Shown piece after piece: positions 1-7,405 of a stretch of 64,000 bases of DNA. Within the stretch, counting starts at the first letter, position 1. Every line of letters begins with the position of its first letter. The notes beneath the pieces were generated by a model. That model saw only the letters and a list, made by a program, of their open reading frames with translations, did no database searches and was not told where the DNA came from. Both the position numbers and the translations under genes were made by a program. Source of the stretch: an uncultured Verrucomicrobiae bacterium (GTDB taxonomy: Bacteria; Verrucomicrobiota; Verrucomicrobiia; Palsa-1439); contig CAWEWF010000014.1 of assembly GCA_963812605.1 (NCBI GenBank), forward strand, positions 448,001 through 512,000, read 5' to 3'.

Positions 1-536
1 TCCATGTACTGCGTTGCGGGCGTGATGCCTTTGCTACCGAGAAGTCCGTCGATTTGCACCCAGAGGGAAATGAAGGCGATAAAGTAAATGATCCCCATCA
101 GTCGGAGAAAGAGCCAACGCGTGAGAAAGTGTGTGGGCTGTTCGACGTGTTGGCCCCAGAGAAGGCGTGTCAGGAAGGAAAACCCGGTGCGGTGTTTAGC
201 GACGAAGCGGTAGAGCCCCTCGGTAATTGATGCAACGCCGGGTATTTGTTGATAGCACCACAACGGCCATCGTTTGCAAGGCGCGACCGCCAGCGTGCGG
301 AAGACCCCTTCGGCAGCGGAGTAGATGTGGCCATCCGTGTCGACGAATTGCACCGCCTCCGTGCATTGCTCACGAGTCAGTTCGGAAAAACGCGCCGCGA
401 CAGTCGGGTCTTGGAAGGGGATATATTCGACACGATCACCGGTGCTCTGTTGCCACCGAGAGATCCAGCGACGGCAGAAATTGCAGTCGCCGTCGAAGAT
501 CAGGACGGGTTTGGTCGGTGGTGTTGCGACGCGCAT
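1..536 (-). CDS. DCC1/DUF393 thiol-disulfide oxidoreductase domain fused to a lipase maturation factor (LMF1) family membrane protein, runs off the window
   Basis: Manual translation from ATG at 536 gives MRVATPPTKPVLIFDGDCNFCRRW (FDGxCxxC), then THFLTRWLFLRLMGIIYFIAFISLWVQIDGLLGSKGITPA, the typical LMF1 N-terminus. Absent from the ORF track because it has no stop in the window. Confidence 0.85.
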   Translation of the reverse strand, partial: MRVATPPTKPVLIFDGDCNFCRRWISRWQQSTGDRVEYIPFQDPTVAARFSELTREQCTEAVQFVDTDGHIYSAAEGVFRTLAVAPCKRWPLWCYQQIPGVASITEGLYRFVAKHRTGFSFLTRLLWGQHVEQPTHFLTRWLFLRLMGIIYFIAFISLWVQIDGLLGSKGITPATQYM

Positions 537-619
537 GTGAGAAACCTAGCATTGAAGCTACCTGAAGCGGAAGCGCAAGGTTGACTCAGTGTACTTTGTC
601 TGTAGAATCATAAACCACT

Positions 620-1678
620 ATGGCGATTTACGAGATAACGAAGGAATCGCTGATACCTCTCTCCGTAACAAGTTTCTCGGCACAAGGTATCCGGGAACGC
701 AACGATCTCCAGCGAATCCTTAGGGCGCACATCGCAGCAATCGCTCCGGATACATACGTGCTCTCGGAAGAGTACGGTGAGTGGGAGGATTCTAAACGGC
801 GCATTGATTTGCTCTGCCTAGACAAGCAGGCCAACGTAGTAGTCGTAGAACTCAAACGGACAGAAGATGGTGGCCACTTGGATCTACAGGCGATCCGGTA
901 TGCTGCTATGGTCAGTACGCTGACATTTGCGCAAGCAGTTGAGGCGCACACCGATTATTTGCATCGGCTTGGTGGGACAGATGCGGACGCGCAGGAGTTG
1001 ATCCTGAGATTTCTGGATTGGGAGGAACCAAATGAGCACGAGTTCGCTCAGGATACGCGCATCATTTTGGTGTCCGGCGAGTTTTCGAAGGAGGTCACAA
1101 CCTCCGTGCTTTGGCTCAATCAGCGTGACATTGATATTCGGTGTGTGCGCCTTCGCCCCTACTCATCGGGCGACCGGACACTACTGGATATCCAACAGAT
1201 CATTCCATTGCCTGAAGCCGCTGAGTACCAAGTCCAGGTGCGAAAGAAGGAGGCTGAGAAGCGACAGTCACAGGGCGGACCAGACTTTACCCGGTATGAT
1301 CTAATTATTAAGGGCAAAAGGTTTCCAAACCAATGGAAGCGTAGATTATTCTTGCTCGTTATCCGTGAGCTAATCCAACAAGGCATTACATTCGAAGAAA
1401 TCCTAGAAATCATCCCGGAGAGAAAGTTCGTGAAAGTTGACGGCCGATGTACGCCCGAGGAATTTCGGATCAAGCTATCGGCAATGAAAAAATCAAATGG
1501 AAGCCCATATGAGACGAAGCGCTACTTCCTTGATGAGGGCGAACTGATTTTCGTAAACGGAACAACCTACGCTCTTAGCAATCAGTGGTCGATAAAGCGA
1601 CTGCCTGAGTTGGATCAACTGATCGCCAAATATCCCGAGGCTGGAATTTCATATTCCGAAGCAGTCGACGAGGATTAG
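620..1678 (+). CDS. NucS/DUF91-like PD-(D/E)xK endonuclease with an extra C-terminal domain
   Basis: 352 aa; E(RNDLQ)...RRIDLLCLDKQANVVVVELKR...QAIRYA motif set; more AT-rich than neighbours. Confidence 0.75.
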   Translation: MAIYEITKESLIPLSVTSFSAQGIRERNDLQRILRAHIAAIAPDTYVLSEEYGEWEDSKRRIDLLCLDKQANVVVVELKRTEDGGHLDLQAIRYAAMVSTLTFAQAVEAHTDYLHRLGGTDADAQELILRFLDWEEPNEHEFAQDTRIILVSGEFSKEVTTSVLWLNQRDIDIRCVRLRPYSSGDRTLLDIQQIIPLPEAAEYQVQVRKKEAEKRQSQGGPDFTRYDLIIKGKRFPNQWKRRLFLLVIRELIQQGITFEEILEIIPERKFVKVDGRCTPEEFRIKLSAMKKSNGSPYETKRYFLDEGELIFVNGTTYALSNQWSIKRLPELDQLIAKYPEAGISYSEAVDED

Positions 1679-1721
1679 CGGAGACTGAGTTGGTTTTTGA
1701 AAGACCCAAATCTTCGCCGCG

Positions 1722-1793
1722 TGGGGGCACGCGGCCTACAACGGCGTGGCACATTTGGAACAACAGGACACAGGCACGGAGGCCTGTGCCACC
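1722..1793. repeat. Two REP-like palindromic units
   Basis: CGCGTGGGGGCACGCG-GCCTACAA and CACAGGCACGGAGGCCTGTG-CCACCA hairpins between convergent genes; boundaries approximate. Confidence 0.55.
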
Positions 1794-1812
1794 AATCCAT
1801 TAATTTCATCAT

Positions 1813-3219
1813 TTAGGTGATTTGGATGGTGCGACCGCATTTGTTGCAGCGGATTTGGGGGGCGTCGAAGGCGGGGCTGAGTTGGACGGTGCTGCCGCAG
1901 GCGCAGCGGAAGGATTCCCAGCCGGTGCCGGTGCGGTGGAACTGCAGTGGGACCAGTGGGATTGCAGGTGGTACGACGGACGTTGCCGCCGGGGGTGGGG
2001 GCGGAGTGGTGGCGGCGGAAGGGATGGGGAGGATGCTGCCGCAACGGATGCAGCGGATGGAGTCCTGCTCGTAGCCTTCTGGCACGGAAATCTCCAGGCC
2101 GCAGTTGCATTTTAAGCGCATGTAACCGGACGCGCGGCGGGCAACGTCGTGGGCATCTTGCCGGGATTGAATCGGACCTTCATTTGAGGGCGCGCGGATG
2201 GGTTCTGTTGGCGCGGATTGCAAGGAGCGCGAACCGATGAGCGAACCGCCCTTTGCTTTGCGGTAAGCGGATTCGTAGGCGGTGAACAATGCGCCGGTCA
2301 TGCCGCGCAGGATGCGAATGCGTTCGCTGGTGGGTGGGTGTGAAGAGAAGACGCTGTCGGCTTCCTCGCCATCACCGCTGGCGGCGCTCAAGGGATTCAC
2401 GATGAACATCGGCGCGGTGGCTTTGCTGGCAAAACTGAGCGGGACGTGCGCCTGGGAAATTTTTTCGAGAGCTGACGCGAGGCCTTCGGGGTAGCGGGTG
2501 AACTGCGCGCCGCTGGCGTCGGCGAGGTACTCGCGTTTGCGAGAGCAGGCGAAGTAGAGCAGTTGCGCCATGATCGGGCCGAGGATTGCGAAGAGCAGGC
2601 CGACGACTAGGATGACGATTTGCGCTTGGCTTTCGCTATTGCCGCTACGGGAATCGGAGCGACTGCGGCCGCGTCCGCCGTACCAGAGCGAGCGGCGGAC
2701 GATTTCGGAGAGGATGACGATGGAGCCAAGCATGACGGCGGCGAGCGTCATGAATTGCACGTCGCGGTTCTTGAGGTGGCCGATCTCGTGGGCGATGACG
2801 CCCTGGAGTTCGTCGCGGTTGAGGCGATACATCAGGCCGGTGGTGACGGTGATGGAACTGGTCTCCGGTTTGCGACCGACGGCGAAGGCGTTGGGCGCGG
2901 GATCGTCGATGAGGAAGATGCGCGGCATGAAGTCCAGGCCGGAGGCGAGCCGCATTTCATCGACGATGTTGAACAATTCGGGGCTATCTTCTTTTTGCAG
3001 TTCTCGCGCGTATGCGCCGGCCATGAGGATGGATTCGGCGCTGGTGAAGTAGACGAGCATCATCCCGCCCCAGAGAAGCAGGGCGACGAGCAAGCCGATC
3101 AGCCCGGCGTTGCGGGCGAGCAGTTCGCCGCCGGTATAGCCGATCAGCAGGAGAATCACTGCCATTCCTGTGATGAGCACCGCGGAACGGCGGCGATTGG
3201 CTATTATTTGTTCCCACAT
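1813..3219 (-). CDS. htpX: HtpX-like M48 zinc metalloprotease with C-terminal Cys-rich zinc ribbons
   Basis: PNAFAVG, ELQGVIAHEIGH (HExxH), SRKREYLAD, SSHPP motifs and TM helices; C-terminal CxC/CxxC pairs. Confidence 0.9.
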   Translation of the reverse strand: MWEQIIANRRRSAVLITGMAVILLLIGYTGGELLARNAGLIGLLVALLLWGGMMLVYFTSAESILMAGAYARELQKEDSPELFNIVDEMRLASGLDFMPRIFLIDDPAPNAFAVGRKPETSSITVTTGLMYRLNRDELQGVIAHEIGHLKNRDVQFMTLAAVMLGSIVILSEIVRRSLWYGGRGRSRSDSRSGNSESQAQIVILVVGLLFAILGPIMAQLLYFACSRKREYLADASGAQFTRYPEGLASALEKISQAHVPLSFASKATAPMFIVNPLSAASGDGEEADSVFSSHPPTSERIRILRGMTGALFTAYESAYRKAKGGSLIGSRSLQSAPTEPIRAPSNEGPIQSRQDAHDVARRASGYMRLKCNCGLEISVPEGYEQDSIRCIRCGSILPIPSAATTPPPPPAATSVVPPAIPLVPLQFHRTGTGWESFRCACGSTVQLSPAFDAPQIRCNKCGRTIQIT

Positions 3220-3296
3220 ATTAGGCAGTGGCTGAACGTCGGCGCCCCGACCTCAGAGTCGGGGTAAACTTGGCTTGAATTTGTTCCCACATATTA
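3206..3296. repeat. 18-bp direct repeat duplicating the htpX start, enclosing a hairpin
   Basis: ATTTGTTCCCACATATTA at 3206-3223 and 3279-3296; CCCCGAC-CTCAGA-GTCGGGG between them. Confidence 0.8.
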
Positions 3297-3327
3297 CGGT
3301 TGGGGACGCTTAGCGATGCACATGAAA

Positions 3328-3432
3328 ACCCCTCACCTTGATCCTCTCCCCCGGAGGGGAGAGGAAATTAAAAGGCGACCTGATTGTCTGCGTAACATGA
3401 GGCTTGTTCCTGTCCCCCGGAGGGGAGAGGAG
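3328..3432. repeat. Pair of REP-like CCTCTCCCC-CGGA-GGGGAGAGG hairpins
   Basis: CCCCTCACCTTGATCCTCTCCCCCGGAGGGGAGAGG near 3328-3364 and TCCTGTCCCCCGGAGGGGAGAGGA near 3408-3432. Confidence 0.7.
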
Positions 3433-3433
3433 A

Positions 3434-3997
3434 TCAAAAGCTTACTTTCGGGGCCTCGCGCTCGTCCTCGGCCTTGACCTCGAAGAACTCGCGGCGTCCG
3501 AAGTTGAACATGGTCGCGATGAAGTTCGTCGGGAAGACTTCGATGTGCGTGTTGTAGGTCATCACGGAATCGTTGTAGAACTGGCGGGCGAAGGCCACTT
3601 TGTTCTCGGTTGACGTGAGCTCTTCTTGGAGTCGCATGAATTCCGAGTTCGCCTTGAGGTCGGGATAGGCTTCGGCGACAGCGAACAGGGATTTTAACGC
3701 GCCCGTGAGAACGTTTTCGGCCTCGGCGCGGTCACCGACGGAGGTGGCGCTGACCGCCATGTTGCGCGCCTGGATGACCTTCTCCAGCGTCTCGCGTTCG
3801 TGCGTGGCGTAACCTTTGACGGTCTCGACCAGATTGGGGATCAGATCGTGCCGCCGCTTGAGTTGGACATCGATCTGCGCCCAGGCGTTTTCCAACTGGT
3901 TGCGCAGGCGGACGAGGCCGTTGTAGGCGCCGGCGATCCATGCGAGGACGACCACTATCAAGCCGACAAGAATCAGTGCGATAATTCCGATACCCAT
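3434..3997 (-). CDS. lemA: LemA family protein
   Basis: N-terminal TM, YNGLV, AWAQIDVQLKRRHDLIPNLVETVKGY, AEAYPDLKAN, FPTNFIA. Confidence 0.95.
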   Translation of the reverse strand: MGIGIIALILVGLIVVVLAWIAGAYNGLVRLRNQLENAWAQIDVQLKRRHDLIPNLVETVKGYATHERETLEKVIQARNMAVSATSVGDRAEAENVLTGALKSLFAVAEAYPDLKANSEFMRLQEELTSTENKVAFARQFYNDSVMTYNTHIEVFPTNFIATMFNFGRREFFEVKAEDEREAPKVSF

Positions 3998-4016
3998 GTG
4001 TTGTCTCCGTGTTTGT

Positions 4017-4436
4017 TTAGAGTTTTGATTTCGTAGTGAAGAGTTCGTTCAAATAATCGATCGTTTTTCCCGTGCCGCTCTCCGGCGGGAACATCGAGAG
4101 AAGCTGCTGGAGTTCATCGGCGTCGAACCATAACCCGTGCCCGCGCGGGCATTTGTCGAGCGTCAGGCGTGGCGCGCCTGCGTGTTCCACCTGAATCTCG
4201 TGCAATGCGGCATCGCAGCGCGGACAGAGATGGGGACGGCCGCTGGGCTGAATGCCGCTTTGCTGCTGGAACTTTAACAGGGGATCGTGGGTGTTCGCGC
4301 CCGTTTGTTTCATCAGCGCTTCCAATTCGCCGGCCTCAAGCCACAGTCCGCGGCAATGGTGGCAAAAATCGATTTCGATATCCTTGAAGTGGAGGATAAA
4401 AAGTGGGACATCGCATTTTGGGCAGACGCGTCTCAT
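4017..4436 (-). CDS. zf-TFIIB-type double zinc-ribbon protein
   Basis: CPKC...IDFCHHCRGLWLEAGEL and CPRC...LDKCPRGHGLWFDADEL. Confidence 0.85.
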   Translation of the reverse strand: MRRVCPKCDVPLFILHFKDIEIDFCHHCRGLWLEAGELEALMKQTGANTHDPLLKFQQQSGIQPSGRPHLCPRCDAALHEIQVEHAGAPRLTLDKCPRGHGLWFDADELQQLLSMFPPESGTGKTIDYLNELFTTKSKL

Positions 4437-4612
4437 GGTGGCCCTTCGCTCCGGGATGATGGCGCGTGCGCTGTGGAGGCGTCAAGCACTTCCCGGGCAA
4501 GGCCCGCGCTGGGTTTGTAGACGCTCATTTGACCCTAATAGAACAGAACACCCAGGCAGCGTCATTTATAAATCGGCGGGTTGTTTATAATGACAAAAAT
4601 CGTAAATTGTAG

Positions 4613-4660
4613 TTGACATAGTGTTAAGCGGACACTATCTTAGTGTCAGGATAACACTAT
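4613..4660 (+). promoter_or_regulatory. sigma70-like promoter overlapped by two tandem NrtR operators
   Basis: TTGACA 4613-4618, 17-bp spacer, TATCTT 4636-4641; palindromes ATAGTGT-N7-ACACTAT (4618-4638) and TTAGTGT-N7-ACACTAT (4640-4660) fit the NrtR GT-N7-AC core and reach the nrtR start codon. Confidence 0.85.
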
Positions 4661-5348
4661 GACATACACCTACGAGTTTCCCCGAGCGGCAGTGACAGTG
4701 GATTGTGTCGTCTTTGGCTTTGATGAAGGAGAACTGAAGGTGCTCCTCGTCCAGAGGGGCCTGGCGCCCTATGCCGGGAAGTGGGCTCTCCCGGGGGGAT
4801 TCGTGCATATCGACGAGACTTTGGAAGAGGCGGCACTTCGCGAGCTTCAAGAAGAAACCGGGATTACCCGGGTCTATCTCGAGCAACTGTACAGCTTCGG
4901 CGAGCTGGGACGGGACCCACGCGAGCGGGTGGTCAGCATTGCCTACTATGGGCTGGTCAAATTGGGCGATTATCGGATCCGCGCCGCCACCGATGCGCGG
5001 GCGGCGGCCTGGTTTGGGGTTTCCGACCTGCCAACACTGGCGTTCGACCACGATCGCATCCTGACGGTGGCGTTGGAACGTCTGAAGGGGAAGGTGCGGT
5101 ACGAGCCGGTGGGCTTTGAGTTGCTCCCGCCGAAGTTCACCCTGTCGCACATCCAGCATTTGTACGAAGCGATTTTGGAACAGGAATTCGACAAGCGGAA
5201 CTTTCGTAAAAAGATCCTGAGCATGGGACTGCTCGTCGAATTGGATGAGATCGAACAGGACGTCGCTCATCGCGCGGCGCGCCTGTATCGATTTGACGAA
5301 AAGCGATACCAACAACTGAGGCGGCGTGGATTTAACTTCGAACTGTAA
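4659..5348 (+). CDS. nrtR: NrtR-family regulator (Nudix + winged HTH)
   Basis: [32 protein letters not shown] Nudix box, RDPRER, LAFDH; C-terminal [14 protein letters not shown]...DKRNFRKK. Confidence 0.92.
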   Translation: MTYTYEFPRAAVTVDCVVFGFDEGELKVLLVQRGLAPYAGKWALPGGFVHIDETLEEAALRELQEETGITRVYLEQLYSFGELGRDPRERVVSIAYYGLVKLGDYRIRAATDARAAAWFGVSDLPTLAFDHDRILTVALERLKGKVRYEPVGFELLPPKFTLSHIQHLYEAILEQEFDKRNFRKKILSMGLLVELDEIEQDVAHRAARLYRFDEKRYQQLRRRGFNFEL

Positions 5349-5363
5349 CCATCAACGGAGGGC

Positions 5364-6392
5364 ATGAATATGTTTGCGATCAAGTTCATCAAAGTCCCAC
5401 CCACGAACTACCTACTCCAATACCGCAATGGCCAATTGGTGCGGGAAGGTGCCGGGTTGTCCTTCTTCTATTACGCGCCGACGACTTCGCTGGTGGTGGT
5501 GCCGATGGCCAGCGTGGATGTGCCGTTTATCTTCAATGAGGTGACGGCGGACTTCCAGACCATCACCATCCAGGGGCAGGTCACGTATCGGATCGCTGAT
5601 CCGAAGCAGACCGCCGGGATGATCGACTTCACGTTGCAGCCCGCGGGCGATGATTACGTATCCGAAGATCGCGAGAAGCTGCCGTTGCGCGTGGTCAACG
5701 TGGTGCAGGTCCTGATGCGGGCCGAGTTGCAAACGCTTCCGTTAAGCGAGGCCCTCCGCGCGTCAGACCGGCTGGTGCAACGAGTGGTTGCCGGCCTGGG
5801 CGAATCCAATGAAATTGCCTCCCTGGGGCTGGCGATTCTCGGGTTGGCGGTCCTGGCGATCAAACCGACGCCGGAGACCGCGCGCGCGTTGGAGGCGGAG
5901 GCGCGGGAGCTGTTGTTGCGCGGAGCGGATGACGCGATCTACGCGCGTCGCAATGCTTCCGTGGAGCACGAGCGTGGAATCAAGGAGAATGAATTGAACA
6001 CGGAGATCGCCGTGGAGAATAAACGGCGGCAAATCCGCGAAGCCCAGATGGACGCCGAGCGCGCGGTGCAGGAAAAGCGGCGGAAAATGCTGCAGGAGGA
6101 CATGGCGGGTCGGATTTCTCTCGAAGAGAAAAACAAGGACCTGGTCCTGCTGGCAACCGAGAACACGCGACAAGAAGCCGACGCCAAGGCCTATGGAGTC
6201 GCGGCAGCGATGAAGGCATTCGGCGGAGCGGACCCGAAAGTGTTGCAGGCGCTGGCAAGCGTCGGGATGGATCCGGGTCAATTGGTGGCGCTGGCGTTTC
6301 GCGAACTGGCGGAGGGCGCGCAGAAGATTGGGGAACTGAATATTTCTCCCGAATTGCTCCGCGAACTGCTCGACCGGAAGGCGAAGAACTGA
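5364..6392 (+). CDS. SPFH/Band 7 domain protein (NrtX-like)
   Basis: GAGLSFFYYAPTTSL, TADFQTITIQGQVTYRI, long coiled coil, IGELNISPELL; directly after nrtR. Confidence 0.85.
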   Translation: MNMFAIKFIKVPPTNYLLQYRNGQLVREGAGLSFFYYAPTTSLVVVPMASVDVPFIFNEVTADFQTITIQGQVTYRIADPKQTAGMIDFTLQPAGDDYVSEDREKLPLRVVNVVQVLMRAELQTLPLSEALRASDRLVQRVVAGLGESNEIASLGLAILGLAVLAIKPTPETARALEAEARELLLRGADDAIYARRNASVEHERGIKENELNTEIAVENKRRQIREAQMDAERAVQEKRRKMLQEDMAGRISLEEKNKDLVLLATENTRQEADAKAYGVAAAMKAFGGADPKVLQALASVGMDPGQLVALAFRELAEGAQKIGELNISPELLRELLDRKAKN

Positions 6393-6393
6393 C

Positions 6394-7332
6394 ATGGAGC
6401 GATTGACGGAACATAAGATTGTCCTGATCGTGCGCAACACGCGGATCGACGATCTGGTGGTTCGCTTCAACACGCTCTCACAGGCGCAGTTTTATGTTGA
6501 ACACCTCGGGGCGGACTTCTCGGACTACCTCGCGGAACACAACTGCTACCACAAGGTCATGCGACTAGCCGAGGAGCAGCTCAAGCGAGTGGGGCGGGTC
6601 CAGGTGGTTCATCGATCGTTTCTGCCCAACTTCGTCTTTGGCGAAGGTGACACGGTGGTCGTGCTCGGCCAGGACGGGCTGGTGGCCAATACGGTGAAGT
6701 ACCTGGCCGGGCAAGCGGTCATCGGAGTCAATCCGGACCCATCACGCTGGGACGGTGTTCTGCTGCCATTTGTCGCTGAAGATTTGGCGAAAATCCTCCC
6801 GGATGTCTGGGCGAATCGCCGCTCGATCAAGCAAGTGACCATGGCCCAGGCGACTTTGAATAACGGGCAGTCATTGTACGGGGTGAATGATCTCTTCATC
6901 GGTCCGCGTTCGCACACGTCGGCCCGTTATTCCATTCGGGTTGGCAAGCGGCAAGAGATTCAATCGTCCAGCGGGATCATCGTATCCACGGGGCTCGGGT
7001 CGACGGGTTGGTTCAGCAGTGTGCTGACCGGCGCTTTGGGAATTGCGTCGCAGGTGGCGGAAACCCCGCTGCGAGTTCCTGAGCGCCGCGGCCTCGCGTG
7101 GGATGCGCCGTATTTGCGCTTCAGTGTGCGCGAGCCATTTCCGAGCAAGGCGACGGCCGTCTCGCTGGTGTTTGGAAAGATAACGGCGGACGAGCCGATG
7201 ACGCTGGTATCGCAGATGCCGGACTACGGCGTGATTTTCAGCGATGGGATCGAGGCCGATTTCCTGGAATTCAATTCCGGCACGAAGGCGACAATCACGA
7301 TCGCGGATAAACACGGCAACCTGGTTGTCTGA
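6394..7332 (+). CDS. NAD kinase-like protein (NrtY-like)
   Basis: VVLGQDGL (GGDG variant), GVNPDP, VNDLFIG, SSGIIVSTGLGSTGW. Confidence 0.85.
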   Translation: MERLTEHKIVLIVRNTRIDDLVVRFNTLSQAQFYVEHLGADFSDYLAEHNCYHKVMRLAEEQLKRVGRVQVVHRSFLPNFVFGEGDTVVVLGQDGLVANTVKYLAGQAVIGVNPDPSRWDGVLLPFVAEDLAKILPDVWANRRSIKQVTMAQATLNNGQSLYGVNDLFIGPRSHTSARYSIRVGKRQEIQSSSGIIVSTGLGSTGWFSSVLTGALGIASQVAETPLRVPERRGLAWDAPYLRFSVREPFPSKATAVSLVFGKITADEPMTLVSQMPDYGVIFSDGIEADFLEFNSGTKATITIADKHGNLVV

Positions 7333-7405
7333 GAGTTGACACGGCGGCTTTAGTTCTTTTTCTGACCCGGAATTTCGTGATAGCCTGTGGTGAGAGTTTG
7401 GGTCA

